From Hypanus sabinus (Eukaryota), in the NCBI RefSeq assembly GCF_030144855.1, contig NC_082710.1, positions 34,038,001 to 34,102,000 of the forward strand: a DNA stretch of 64,000 bases, read 5' to 3'. This document shows positions 1 to 13,149 of the stretch, piece by piece. Position 1 is the stretch's first letter, and every line of letters starts with the position of its first letter. The notes under the pieces are model-generated. The model had not been told where the DNA came from. It did no database searches and saw nothing but the letters and a program-made list of their open reading frames with translations. The position numbers were made by a program, and so were the translations under genes.

Positions 1-688
1 AGGTATATTTCACGATCGTACACAATCACATTTCTTTTTCCGGTTTCTGATGCAAACAGTGTGGACAATGTGGAGCTTGTGATGATTTGTCTGCAGATTT
101 TAGAACTGGCTTATTTATACTGTTTTTAATGAAGACATTATTGATTCATTATATTGAATTCCAAACAAGCAAACGGTGTCAAGCGCAAAATAACTGCTAG
201 TTCATTTAAAGTAGAATGGCTTAAAAAAACAGCAGAAACTGCTACACCAAAAGCGCATGAGGTCCAGAACATGCAGCTACAAGCAATATTTATGTACAAT
301 ACAGAAACTGGTATTACCTGTGTGTATTGTTGTGATGTAAAAGTTGCCAGAGAATTTGCAAGTGGGAAGAAGTGGAGTAATATTTGGATACTTGAATTTT
401 TAAAGTGTCATTTAACAAGCAAATCACATATGGACAGTATGCAAGAGTTCAAACAAGAAAATCCTCATTACCTGTTACAGGCCCGATATGTATGTTTTGT
501 GAGAGTGCAGATGAATGAGAACAAAAACGATTAAACCCAGAGGAGATCAAAGTTCTTAACAACAATTTTTTGGAGCTGTTAATGTCAATACCTTTATATA
601 TAAAATTTAGTGCACACATGTTGCAAAAGAGAATTGTACAGCCACAAGATTTTTGAGCACTGGTCATTACAAATTAAAGGGAACAATG
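1..688 (+). mobile_element. hAT-type DNA transposon deletion derivative (TTF/ZNF862-like zinc-finger remnant plus 3' TIR)
   Basis: ORF 154-534 has the F-K-x-x-W...C-x2-C...F-x2-G...W...L-x2-H-x2-S-x2-H pattern of hAT N-terminal zinc fingers. No catalytic domain follows. The element ends in AAATTAAAGGGAACAATG (671-688), resembling a CA(A/G)TGTTCCC-type TIR. Confidence 0.6.
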
Positions 689-799
689 ACTCCCATATCC
701 CAAAAATCAACCTGGTGGGCTAATTGGCAAATGTAAGTTGCCCCTAGTGGCAGGAGAATTGTGAGGAAATTGACGGACATGTGAAAAGGAATAGTTTAC

Positions 800-995
800 A
801 AAGAGCAAAAACGAACTGCTGGAGGAACTCAATGTGTGAAAGGAAATGGACAGTCAACATTTTGGATTGAGACTCTTCATTCACTCCAGATGAAGAGTTT
901 CGAAACAAAACACCAAATGCCCATTTCCCACCACAGATCCACTGATCCGCTGGGTTGCTCCAGATTGCAGCATCTGCAATCCCTATTGTCTCAAA
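800..995. mobile_element. Degenerate Penelope-derived fold-back (inverted-arm) element
   Basis: CTGCTGGAGGAACTCA ... GAGACTCTTCAT / ATGAAGAGTTTC ... TGGGTTGCTCCAG form imperfect inverted arms. Same family as 18921 and 23429. Confidence 0.6.
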
Positions 996-1739
996 GTTGA
1001 AAGGAAAATGGGATTGATGGTGCTCAGAGATCTGGCATAGATTTAGTTGGCCAAACAGTCTTCTTCTATGTCATAAGGAATTATGAAATATGAAAACTCT
1101 GTTTATCTGAATATCCCTTTAGAACCTACTACTTCAACTAGTGAAATCCATTTACCTCCATGATCTTGTCTGACCTATTGACTTTCCTCAACACCCTTTG
1201 TTTTGCTCCAGATTTCAAGTGGCGCGGGGGTGCTTTTGGGCAGATTTATTTTTGTTGAATGCTAATTAACAATGACAACTGATTATCTAATGATCACTGA
1301 ATGTAGAAGTGTATCACACAATCAGATGATTACCCTGCAAATATTCTAACAATCCTTCCAAAACTCACAAGATACAAATCGAATGTCTGATTATATCAGT
1401 TTAATTGCAACATAAAATGTTGCTCTACCTGATATAAATTCCTGTTCAATTATATTTTTTTAACTAATATTGTTGTTATATATTGTTATATGAATGATTT
1501 GAAAGTATGCCATGGCTTTCACAACTTCAGCAAATTCCAAAGTCTTTCATAGTTAAATTCAACCAATTATTGAAGTATGCACTGCAATAAATACAGGAAC
1601 CAATTTGTGCAAGGGAAGCTCCTACAAATAACAGCGCTATAATGACTAAATACTTTATATTGTCATTACTGCTCTAGCAGCAAATATTGGACAACGCATT
1701 CATAGTAACACTTCAACAAACCTTTTTAATTGACGTGTT

Positions 1740-2330
1740 TCCATCTTTAGTCCCTTTCTTGCCTTCTTCAAAATGGAAACAAATATCATTTGAGTTTTAC
1801 TGTCAACAACACAAAGAAGATCACATAGTTAGCTTCACACAATGAGAATAACATTGAGAATTCATTCTATCCCATACTGATTTTGTTTGATTAATATTCA
1901 ACTTCTAATTCTCACTAGATCCTTAGTTCTTTGGTATTTATGGCTAGATTTGAGTATCCCTGTCTGTGGAGATAGGTGAATAGAAGTAAAGTAATTTTTT
2001 AATTCCTCTCTTATTTCCTTGTTCCTCACTACAGATTTTCCTTCTGTTGTCTGTAAGGGGCTTTTTTTTCCTTTTTGCATACCTAAAGAAAATCTTACAG
2101 TCCTTTTCTTGCCAATGTACTCAAATAATCATGTCATTTTTTATCAATTTTTTTGTCCTTCTTTCCTGAGTTCTGCCACGCTCCCATTCCCCAGGTTAAT
2201 TGCATTTTGATGACTTGGTAAATATCTTCTCTGGATTTAAAGCTACTCTGCCTACAGCAGACTGTGACAAGATTCCAGAGTATTTCAACAATCAGATTTG
2301 CTTTCTTTCCTGGTCAAATTATGAAACTTT
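1740..2330 (-). mobile_element. Old CR1-type LINE ORF2 fragment
   Basis: Minus-strand ORF 1898-2080 (EIREELKNYFTSI) matches the EIAEVLNEYFISV segment of the neighbouring CR1 ORF2. Confidence 0.55.
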
Positions 2331-2344
2331 GAAGTCTCCTAGTA

Positions 2345-5300
2345 TATAGGTAGGAAAAGGGAGGAAATCCTGAACACAGCCTTCAGAGAGTTAAGAAAGA
2401 AGCTGAGAAGCAGGACCTCAAAGGCAGTAATCTCAGGATTACTGTTGTGCCACGCAACAGTGAGTATAGGAATAGAGTGAGGCGGAGGATAAATATGTGC
2501 CTGAGGGATTGGAGAAGGGGGTAGGGATTCAGATTTCTGGATCATTGGGACCTCTTTTGGGGCAAGCATGACCTGTACAAAAAAGGCAGGTTACACTTGA
2601 ATCCTAGGGGGACCAATATCCTGGCAGGGAGGTTTGCCAAAGCTATTGGGGAGAGTTTAAACTAGAATTGCTGGGGGGTGGGAACCAAACTGAAGAAACG
2701 GAGGAAGGGGTGGTTGGCTCACAAATAGAGAAAATTTGTAGGCAGTGTGAGAGGGAGAATAGGCAGGTGATAGAGAAGGGGTGCGCTCAGACCAATGGCT
2801 TGAGATGTATCTATTTTAATGCAAGAAGCATCATGAACAAAGCAGATGAGCTTAAAGCATGGATCAGTACTTGGAGCTACAATGTTGTGGCGATTACAGA
2901 GACTTGTATGGCTCAGGGGCAAGATTTGTTACTTCGAGTGCCAGGATTTAGATGTTGCAGAAAGGACAGGTAGGGAGGCAGAAGAGGAGGGGGCATGGCA
3001 ATGTTGATCAGAGTTAGTGTCACGGCTGCAGAAAAGGAGGAAGACATGGAGGGATTGTCTACAAAGTCTCTGTGGGTTGAAGTTAGGAACAGGAAAGGGT
3101 CAATAACTCGGATGTTTTTTTATAGACCGCCTGATAGTAACAGGGACATTGAGGAGCAGATAGGGAGACAGATTCTGGAAAGGTGTAATAATAGCAGGGT
3201 CGTTGTGGTGGGAGATTTTAATTTCCCAAATATTGACTGACATCTTCCTAAAGCAAGGAGTTTAGATGGGGTGGAGTTTGTTAGGTGTGTTCAGGTAGGT
3301 TTCCTGACACAAGATGTAGATAAGCCTACAAGAGGAGAAGCTGTACTTGATCTGGTATTGGAAAATGAACCTGGTCAGGTGTCAGGTCTCTCAGTGGGGG
3401 AGCATTTTGGAGATTGTGATCCCAATTCTATCTCCTTTACCATAGTATTGGAGAGAAATAGGAACAGACAAGTTAGGAAAGCGTTTAATTGGAGTAAGGG
3501 GAAATGTGAAGCTATCAGACAGGAACTTGGAAGCATAAATTGGGAACAGATGATCTCAGGGAAATGTACAACAGAAATGTGGCAAACGTTGAGGGGATAT
3601 TTTCGTGGTGTTCTGCATAGCTACGTTCCAATGAGACAGGGAAAAGATGGTAAGGGACAGGAATCGTGGTGTACAAAGGCTGTAATAAATCTAGTCAAGA
3701 AGAAAATAAAAGCTTACAAAAGGTTCAGAAAGCTAAGTAATGTTAGAGATCTAGAAGATTATAAGACTAAGAGGAAGGAGTTTAAGAAGGAAATTAGGAG
3801 AGCCAGAAGGGGCCATGAGAAGGCCTTGGTGGGCAGGATTAAGGAAAACCCCAAGGCATTCTACAAGAATATGAAGAGCAAGAGGATAAGACGTGAAAGA
3901 ATAGGACCTATCAAGTATGACAGTGGGAAAGTGTGTATGGAACCGGAGGAAATAGCAGAGGTACTTAATGAATACTTTATCTCAGTATTCACTATGGAAA
4001 AGGATCTTGGTGATTGTAGTGATGACTTGCAGCAGATTGTAAAGCTTGAGCATATAGACATTAAGAAAGAGGATGTATTGGAGCTTTTGGAAAGCATCAA
4101 GTTGGATAAGTTGCCGGGACCGGACAAGATATACCACAGACTACTGTGGGGAGGCGAGGGAGGAGATTGCTGAGCTTTTGGCAATGATCTTTGCATCATC
4201 AATGGGGACGGGAGAGGTACCGGAGGATTGGAGCATTGCAGATGTTGTTCCCTTATTCAAGAAAGGGAGTAGAGATAGCGCAGGAGATTGTAGACCAGTG
4301 AGTCTTACTTCAGTGGTTGGTAAGCTGATGGAAAAGAACCTGAGAGGCAGGATGTATAAACATTTGGAGAAGCATAATCTGATCAGGAATAGTCAGCATG
4401 GCTTTATCAAAGACAGAATGTGCCTTACAAGCCTGATTGAAATTTTTGAGGATGTGACTAAACACATTGATGAAGGTAGAGCAGTAGATGTGGTGTATAT
4501 GGATTTCAGCAAGGCATTTGATAAGGTACCCCATGAAGGGCTTATTGAGAAAGTAAGGAGGTATGGGATCCAAGGGATGTTGCTTTGTGGATCCAGAAGT
4601 GGCTTGTCCACAGAAGCCAAAGAGTGGTTGTAGATGGGTCATTTCCTGCATGGAGGTTGGTGACCAGTGTTGTGCCTCAGGGATCTGTTCTGGGACCCTT
4701 ACTCTTCGTGATTTTTATAAATGACCTGGATGAGGAAGTGGAGGGATGGGTTAGTAAATTTGCTGATGACTCAAAGGTTAGGGGTGTTGTGGATAGTGTG
4801 GAGGGAGGTCTGTCAGAGGTTACAGCAGGATATTGATAGGATGCAAAACTGGGCTGAGAAGTGGCAGCTGGAGTTCAACCCAGCTCAGTGTGAGGTGGTT
4901 CATTTTGGTAGGTAAATATGATGGCAGAATATAGTATTAATGGTAAGACTCTTGATAGTATGGAGGATCAGAGGGATCTTGGGGTCCGAGTTCATAGGAC
5001 ACTCAAAGTAGCCCCACAGGTTGACTGGTGGTTAAAAAAAACATACAGTGCATTGAACTTTATCAACTGTGGGATTGAGTTTAAGAGCTGAGAGGTAATG
5101 TTACATCTTTATTGGACCCTGGTCAGACCCCACTTGGAGTACTGTGCTCAGTTCTGGTCACCTCACCACAGGAAAGATGTGGAAACTATTGAAATGTTTC
5201 AGAGGAGATTTACAAGCATGTTGCCTGGATTGGGGAGCATGCCTTATGCGAACAGGTTGAATGAACTTGGCCTTTTCTCCTTGGAGCGACAGAAGATGAG

Positions 5301-5667
5301 AGGTGACCTGATAGTGGTGTATAAAATGATGAGAGGCATTGATCGTGTGGATAGTCAGAGGCTTTATCCAAGGGCTGAAATGGCTAACACAAGAGGGCAC
5401 AGTTTTAAGGTGCTTGGAAGTAGGTACAGAGGAGATGTCAGGGACAAATTATCTTGCGCAGAGGGTGATGGGTGTGTGGAATGGGCTGCTGGCGACAGTG
5501 GTGGAGTCGGGTACAATAGGGTCTTTTAAGAGACTCCTGGATAGATACGTGAAGCTTAGAAAAACAGAGGGCTATGGTTAACCTCATAATTTCTAAAATA
5601 AGTACATGTTCGGCACAGCATTGTGGGCCGAAGGGCCTGTATTGTGCTGTAGGTTTTCTAGGCTTCA
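2345..5667 (+). mobile_element. CR1 (HER1-like) LINE, 5'-truncated: end of ORF1 esterase, disrupted ORF2 (APE + RT), 3' UTR
   Basis: ORF1 end FLDHWDLFWG..LHLNPRGTN; APE motifs CIYFNARSI, AITET, VGDFNFP; RT motifs [25 protein letters not shown]; C-terminal RPHLEYCAQFWSP; tail GGGCCGAAGGGCCTGTATTGTGCTGTAGGTTTTCTA. Several stops and frameshifts. Confidence 0.95.
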
Positions 5668-7231
5668 TTTCTCAAGTGACAGTGATGAGTTTGTGGATTC
5701 ACGCCAAAAGTTTTTCATGGTAACTGTGGGCTGTTGCAATATCATTTGCTCTTAAGGCCTTATTGTTACTTAGATAGAATATGGCCTCTTTAACCCAAGA
5801 TCGTGATCTTATCAAGAATAGACAGGCCATCAAAAAAAGTGAATCCAATCAAAATGAATCCATAATTTAAGAGGGATACAGTATCAGAGAGTGCACCACT
5901 GAGTGCACATCATGCAAATGAAGATGCATGAAATGTGGACTATTAGTTGAGGGCTGGAATAGGTAATGTTGGCTGTCACTATGAGTTATAGAAATAGTGA
6001 AAATGTTTTGGGCCTAGAAAACAAACCTTAAATTCACAACAGGGAAATCATTGTGCCTTATGCGTTTTGGTGGGGGTGAAAACATATATACAATGTATAT
6101 ATGCACGTACACTTGCTGTTTTTGTGGAAGGAATCTAATCTCCCATTGATAACATGAGATAAGGAGATAAGGAAGTGCTATATTATCTCCGTCATTGACA
6201 ACAGTCATAGTACAGAGTGAAAAAAATTAAAAAGACAATGTAAGTATTTACCTCATAATTAGAATATTTACTTAATGCAATTTAAATAATGCATTAATAA
6301 TTAACATTGTAAATTAGAATACTGCTACCTACAGAACTGGATGATTCAAAGTATTTCACTGATAATTATAGGCACATGTGCTTGCTGCTAGAAGTGTATC
6401 ATGTATTTCCACAGATTACTTACACACTATGTTTAATTTAGATACCTGATTAAGTTCCTTCAAAATGGTTTGGTGTATTACCTGTAGAGACTTGCCTTAG
6501 GCATTCATTGCTAAGGACAACAATGTAATCTCATTGATCAGACAATGGCTTGGTGGGTAATATACCAAGTTAATGGTAAATATAATGCTGACAATGAAAT
6601 TGTTGACTTGGCCAAAAGACCTAACCACCTTATTCCTGTCAAACACTGAATTCCTTAGATTATTCTTCTTAGAACTTGTTAAAGTTTTACCTGTTTGTGC
6701 TGTGACTAAAGGGAAGTCCTTTTCATGATGTACCTTCATTCTGTCTCAAACATTTACTTCTTTCCCTGGGGAAAGGATCTCTTCCAATTCACTTACAGTT
6801 GTTGATTCCATTGCCTAGAACATTTGCACATCAACCAATCTACTCACATACATCTTTATTTCCTCCTTTAATACCGAGCATCCATTAAAGTTGCCACCCT
6901 CTCATGAGGAAGGCCTTCCATCTGCATTTTGATCATGCATGGGAGATTTAACTTGGACATATGACCAGTTGATCATCATTCAGAACAAGCTCCATCACAA
7001 GAGATATAATCAAGTCCTGCTCTCTCAGTTCAATGTTTCGGGATCATCCTTGCCTCTATCACCCCCAGCCCTTCTCTGAGCTCAGCTTACCTTCAGCTCA
7101 CTCAGATCTACTTACAATTAAACTGCTGATCACCCAACATCCTTTTTTCCGTCCTCTATATTCGCTGAGATTAGTAAAAGCTCCATCTCCTCTTTTTAAT
7201 TTTCTATAATCAAGTATACATTCTGAAAGGA

Positions 7232-7490
7232 TGACAATCATTGTGAGCAGTCACTTTTTTGGCTGGTTTAAAAAGAGCTTGGGGGCTTTTGGGACCTTTT
7301 GCTGCTCTGCAATCATCACTAGCAGTTGTTCCTTTGACTGGGGAGGCATGAGGTTTAAAAGAAGCTTGGGGCCTATCAGAACCTTTCAGCAGGCTGCAGT
7401 CATCACGACAGTCACTTACTTGGCAGAGGTGGTGTGAGTTTAAAAGAAGCTTGGGGCCTTTCGGAACTTTCCAGTGGACTGCAATCATAA
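7232..7490 (+). repeat. Diverged tandem repeat, about 3 copies of about 86 bp
   Basis: GTTTAAAA(A)GA(A)GCTTGGGG recurs at about 7266, 7353 and 7438. TGCA(A/G)TCAT recurs with the same period. Confidence 0.8.
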
Positions 7491-7494
7491 CAAT

Positions 7495-10400
7495 TTATTA
7501 GTCACTCAGTAAAAGATCAAACAAAGAAGTGAAATGTAAGCAAAGCAGCCATTGCGTGAGTGGGCCAAGTGTTAGAATGCTCAGGCTTTAGCTCAACATG
7601 CTCGAGTGAGAACAGGTGGAGGCTCTAAGTAAGGTTGTAGTAAGCTTTTTTTCTCTTTCTTTATCTGTTAGTACAAACTTTGTATATAGTTAGAGTGGTG
7701 AGAATGCGTCCAGAGTTTGTGGTAGGTTCTTTGTGTAAGAAATGTGAAAATTCTGGAAGACTTCCAGTCTTCATGGTAAATACATCTGCACAATGTGCAT
7801 TGGGCTGCAGCCCGTCAGAGGCTGTCAAGGAACTGTAACTGCACTTTGATGACCTTTGGATCATATGGGAGAATGAAGAGGTGATAGATAGGATCTCCAG
7901 GGAGGTATTCACCCTTAAATTGCAGGAGGCAGGACTGGGTGACTGACATTGAGTCAGTATGACTGAGAAGGGAGTCTGAGTCAGGAGATTGCTGAGCCTC
8001 TGGCGATGATCTTTGCATCTTCAATGGGGATGGGAGAGGTTACGGAGGATTGGAGGGTTGTGGATGTTGTTCCTTTATTCAAGAAAGGGAGTAGAGATAG
8101 CCCAGGAAATTATAGACCAGTGAGTCTTACCTCAGTGGTTGGTAAGTTGATGGAGAAGATCCTGAGAGGCAGGATTTATAAACATTTGGAGAGGTGAAAA
8201 ATGTTTAGGAATAGTCAGCATGGCTTTGTCAAAGGCAGGTCATGCCTTACGAGCCTGATTGAATTTTTTGAGGATGTTCCTTCATTGATGAAGGAAGAGC
8301 AGTATATGTAGTGTATATGGATTTCAGCAAGGCATTTGATAAAGTACCCCATGCAAGGCTTGTTGAGAAAGTAAGGAGGCATGGGATCCAAGGAGACATT
8401 GCTTTGTGGATCCAGGAATCACTTGCCCACAGAAGGCAAAGAGTGTTTGTAGACGGGTCATATTTTGCATGGAGGTCGGTCACCAGTGGAGTGTCTCAGG
8501 GATCTGTTCTAGGACCCTTACTCTTTGTGATTTTTATAAATGACCTGGATGAGGAAGTGGAGGGATGGGTTAGTAAATTTGCTGATGACACAAAGGTTGG
8601 AGGTGTTGTGGATAGTGTAGAGGGCTGTCAGAGTTTACAACGGGACATTGATAGGATACAAAACTGGACTGAGAAATGGCAGATAGAATTCAACCCTGAA
8701 ATGTGAAGTGGTTCATTTTGGTAGGTCAAATATGATGGCAGAATCTAGTATTAATGGTAAGACTCTTGGCAGAGTGGAGGATCAGTGGGATCTTGGGGTC
8801 CGAGTCCATAGGATACTCAAAGCAGCTGCACAGGTTGACTCTGTTGTTAAGAAGGTGTATGATGTATTGGCCTTCATCAATCGTGGGATTGAGTTTAAGA
8901 GCCGAGAGGTAATGTTGCAGCTATATAGGACCCTGGTCAGACCCCACTGGGAGTACTGTGCTCATTTCTGGTCACCTCACTACAGGAAGGATGTGGAAGC
9001 CATAGAAAGGGTGCAGAGCAGATTTACAAGGATGTTGTCTGGATTGGGGAGCATGACTTAAGAGAATAGGTTGAGTGAACTCATCCTTTTCTCCTTGGAG
9101 TGAAGGAGGATGAGAGGTGACCTGATAGAGGTGTATAAGCTGATGAAAGGCATTGATTGTGTGGCTTTTTCTCAGGGCTGAAATGGTTGCCACAAGAGGA
9201 CACGGGTTAAGGTGCTGGGGAGCAGGTACAGAGGAGATGTCAGGGGTAAGCTTTGTACTCAGAGAGTGGTGAGTCCATGGAATGGGCTGCTGGCAACAGT
9301 GGTGGAGGTTTTTAAGAGGGTCTTAAAATAGGATCTAGATGATAGGGTCTTTTAAGAGGCTTTTAGATAGGTACATGGAACTTAGTAAAACAGAGAGCTA
9401 TAGGTAAGCCTAGTAATTTCTAAGGTAGGGACATGTTCAGCACAGCTTTGTGGGCCGAAGGGCCTGTATTGTGCTGTAGGTTTTCTATGTTTCTATGAAA
9501 GGGGGTGGAGGAGTGCAGAGGTATAGGGGCTTCCATTGTTAGAGGATGTGAAGGAACGTGGATAGTATCTTGCCTCCCAGGTGCCAGGGTCAGGGATGTT
9601 TCAGATCAGGTCCACAGCACGGGGGGTGGAAACCAGTGCACCAGTACAGATTGTGGAGTGGTTGTGGAGAAGGATGTTGTTAAGCCTATACACAAAGTTA
9701 GGAGTCAAAAGATTGAGAATGGTGGGACTAATGTTCTGAGATGCATATATTTCAATGCAAGGAGTATTGTAGGAAAGGTTTTGAGATCAGGGCACGGATT
9801 AGCATGTGGAATTATGAATCTGTAGCCCATAGTGAAACCTGGTTGCAGGAGGGGCAGGACTGGTAGCTCAGTGTTATGGGGTTCTGTTGGTTTAGACATG
9901 ATAGAGTAGGAGGGATTAGAGGGGAAGGGATAGCATTGTAGTTGGGGACAATGCCACAGCAGTGCTTAATCAGGATAGACTGGAGAGCTTATCTAGTGGG
10001 TTATTATGGGTTAAGCTGAGGAATAAGAAAAGTATGACTGCATTATTGAGATTATAATACACACCACCCAATGTATGTGAGATTTAGAAGAGCAAATTTG
10101 TAGAGAGCTCGCAGACTGTTGCAAAAAAATATAAATTTGTTATAGTAGGTGATATTAACTTTCCGCATATTGACTGGGACTCCCATACAGTAAAAGGGTT
10201 ACTTGGGATAGAGTCTGTCAAATGTGTTCAGGAAAGTTTCCTTAATCAGTATCTAGAAGTCCCAATGACAGAGTGTGTGATACCTCATCTGCTATTTGGG
10301 AGTAAAACAGGGCAGGTGACAGAAGTTTGCATAGGGGAACACGTGGCATCCAGTGACCATAATGCCACCAGTTTCAAAGTGAATATGCAAAAAGATAGGT

Positions 10401-10640
10401 CAGGTTCGCGGGTTGAGTTTCTAAAGTGGAGGAAGGCCAACTTTGATAGCATCAGAAAGGATCTGGCAAGTGTGGACTGGGACAGGTTGTTTTCTAGTAT
10501 AGGTATAATCGGTAAGTGGGAAGCCTGCAAAAGTGAAATTTTGTGAGTATGGAGATTGTATGTTTCTGTCAGAATGATAGACAAGGATAACAGGTTTAGG
10601 GTACCTTAGTTTTTGAGAGATATTGAGGCCCTGGTGAAAG
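7495..10640 (+). mobile_element. Older CR1 LINE 5' part (5' UTR, ORF1, ORF2 endonuclease), interrupted by a younger CR1
   Basis: ORF1 N-terminal remnant at about 7700-7950 (DDLWIIWENEEVIDR). It resumes at 9497 with esterase motifs IGASIVRG and CLPGARVRDVSD, then APE motifs CIYFNARSI and SSDHN. Confidence 0.8.
7975..9496 (+). mobile_element. 5'-truncated CR1 LINE (RT and 3' UTR), same subfamily as 2345-5667
   Basis: NYRPVSLTSVVGK, YMDFSKAFDKVPH, QGSVLGP, KFADDTK, RPHWEYCAHFWSP; tail TTTCTATGTTTCTATG. Colinear with 4155-5667. Confidence 0.95.
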
Positions 10641-10659
10641 AGTGCAAAGCTATCATCAG

Positions 10660-11300
10660 CTCTTATGTGGTGTCAGTGTTTCCTTGCTACCACTCTGAGT
10701 TAATTCTTGTTTGTTATAAGACATAGGGGAAAGGTGCACAACAGTAACATCATTCCAAAAAGCAACCTGAGGTTTCACAAACAGGCTGATGACACACAGC
10801 TCTAACTCATCTCCCACTCCCCCAACTGCTCCTTTGAATATTGCCAGATGAAGACGTAGTAGTAAAAGGGGCAGAAATTTTGTCCATCTAAATATTTGGA
10901 ACACCATAGTGTACATATGCCATTATTTGCTGCTAAAACTGTCCTCCTTTTCAACTGATTTTCATGGGAGCTTATTGAGTCGAATCAACCCAATCACAAC
11001 TTTGATGCTTTGTTAAGATCATTAACCCACTTCCATATTTGGTGTGTCATTTAGTACTGCACTTGCTTCAGCTTATCAAATACTAAAACTTCCAATTATG
11101 CTTTTGTCATCCCTGAACCTATGAATTCCAATGTATTCCTGGTTGCTTTCTATCATTATATCCTTCACATAATTACTCATCTAAAATGTTGCTGTCCTTC
11201 CCTGACTTGGACCAAGTCCTGTTCACCTATCACATTCAACCATCACTAACTCACACAAACTCAAAGTTAAGTGAAGACTCGATATTAAAATTGCTATTAA
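10660..11300 (+). mobile_element. Ancient L2-like LINE RT remnant
   Basis: At about 10770-10810 the sequence translates FHKQADDTQL*LIS, matching the FHxYADDTQLYLS motif of L2-clade RT. Heavily decayed. Confidence 0.55.
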
Positions 11301-11780
11301 TGCAGAAAATGCTGAAAATATTCAGCAGGTCAAACGGCATACAGACTTACTTTTCAGGTCAATAGTTTTTAATCAGAACCGGGAAAAATTAGAAATTAAA
11401 CAAGTTTTATGTTTCAGAAAAATTGAGAAAGAATGGAGGAAGTGAAATGGGAGATCTGTGACAGAGATATTGGTGATGGTGGTGACTAAAAGGAAGTTGT
11501 AATAGTCAGGGATTAAGGAAAAGGTACAGATAAAGGAGGTGTAAATAGGAGGAGATGAATAAATCTTAAGTACTAGAAGAGAAGATCAAGAAAAAAGTCA
11601 GAATACTAGTTTAAAGGCTATCTGAAATGATTGCAATCATTGTTGAATCGGTAAGGATGTAGTCAGAAAAGGTATAGTTCATATTTTGAGCTTTGTTGCA
11701 ACAGTTGGAGTTCATCAACAGAAGGGTCAGAGTGAGAATGGGATGATGAATTGAAGTGACAGAGTATAGGAAAACCTGAA
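11300..11780 (-). mobile_element. Old Penelope-like element 3' remnant
   Basis: Begins GCAGAAAATGCTGAAAATATTCAGCAGGTCA (family terminus). Ends with GAGTGAGAATGGGATGATGAATTGAAGTG, the reverse of the HFNS..HSHSD GIY-YIG C-terminus. Confidence 0.55.
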
Positions 11781-13149
11781 CTGCTTCCAATACATATTCC
11801 CCTTAAGGAGACTGATACGAAACACAATACTACAGATGTGATATCATGTTCCCAATATACAACTGAAACGTTAGCTCTTCTACTGTAATTCTCCTAATGT
11901 TTTCCCAGCTTTCCTAACTTTTCTCTACATGATCTTTTTTTAAAATCATGTCGGAGTACACTCAGAATCTCTGCATCGTACAGCCCTGCAATCTCTCACC
12001 AGTTAGATAATAGGATTATTCTTACTTTTCCCATTAGTGTGAACAATTTTACATTTTCGCACTCTATTAACCATTTATCAGATCCTTCCCAACTCACTGA
12101 ACTGAAAAAAAATGTTGTTAATCTTCATATCATTCTCATAATATCCTCTCCTACCTATCTTTATCACGAGCAAATTTTGCAACCATACCATTCATTATAC
12201 ACTAACATGGAAAAAGTTGGAAGCTGAGCTTCATCCGTTAGATAGTTTTAGTATTTTTCAAGCTTGTTGAGTTCACATGTCTACAAACACAACCCTTACA
12301 TAACTCAATCAATATAGTCCTTGTCAAAGAAAATCGTAGAGTAAAAGCCCCCAGAAGCACTTTCGCCTCTTCCAGTTCTGAGGAGAAAAAATAGGTACAT
12401 TCCCTCCCCCTTTTTCCCTCTGCCCGATCCATACATATCTAATTCAATATAATTAAAGAAAAACCTTCAAATATGTTGAAAATCACTTTCTTCTGGAAGA
12501 ACACTTGACTAATGTGTGGAGCAGTACAGCACCAGTGGGTGACATGGTAGTATATCGCTTTACAGTACCAGCCACCCAGGATTAATTCTAACCACTGTCG
12601 CCCTGTGATTCTGTACAGGTTTGTAGGTTAATTGGTCACTTGGATACAATTGGTGAGAGTAGTCTTGTCGGGCAGGAAAGGGCCTGTTACCATGGGTATC
12701 TGGAAAAAACAAAACTTGTGCTGTCTAATGATCTGCACAGCACTTACAGGCAGAATGTCCAGATGACTCATCATCAGCCCTTGGCTCTGTATTCCTTTCT
12801 GAGCCATCAGATCTGGCACCAGAAAACAAAGGAGAGTGTCTGTGTTTCCATGGTATTTCCCTGCTTCTTCGTAATTTTCCTTTCACCGCCAGTACAATTC
12901 TATTGACTGCTATTTCTGTGCTGTTGCTTGTATCCTCGATAGTGAAAACAGATACAAAATATGTTTAATTCATTTGCCATCTTCATATTTTCCTTTACTT
13001 ATTTGCCATACTCACTTTATTGCACAAGTGCTCATTTTGTTCACTGATTCCTGTTTTAAATATCTTTCATAACTGTCAGTATCTAGGGCTACTCCACTAC
13101 TGTTCCAGCCCCCCTGTACCCTTATACACTTTGTAGCTGCATTATTAGG

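Noticed and set aside
2668-5581. Long ORFs (up to 300 aa) as host genes
   Set aside because: They are frameshifted pieces of CR1 ORF2 (APE and RT), not cellular genes.
6014-7200. Minus-strand ORFs and apparent AG/GT pairs in unique-looking DNA
   Set aside because: The best candidate exon (about 6691-6766, minus) has stops in all three frames and no recognisable homology.
7232-7490. Regularly spaced repeats as a CRISPR array
   Set aside because: Vertebrate DNA, the spacers are homologous to each other, and there are no cas genes. It is a diverged tandem repeat.
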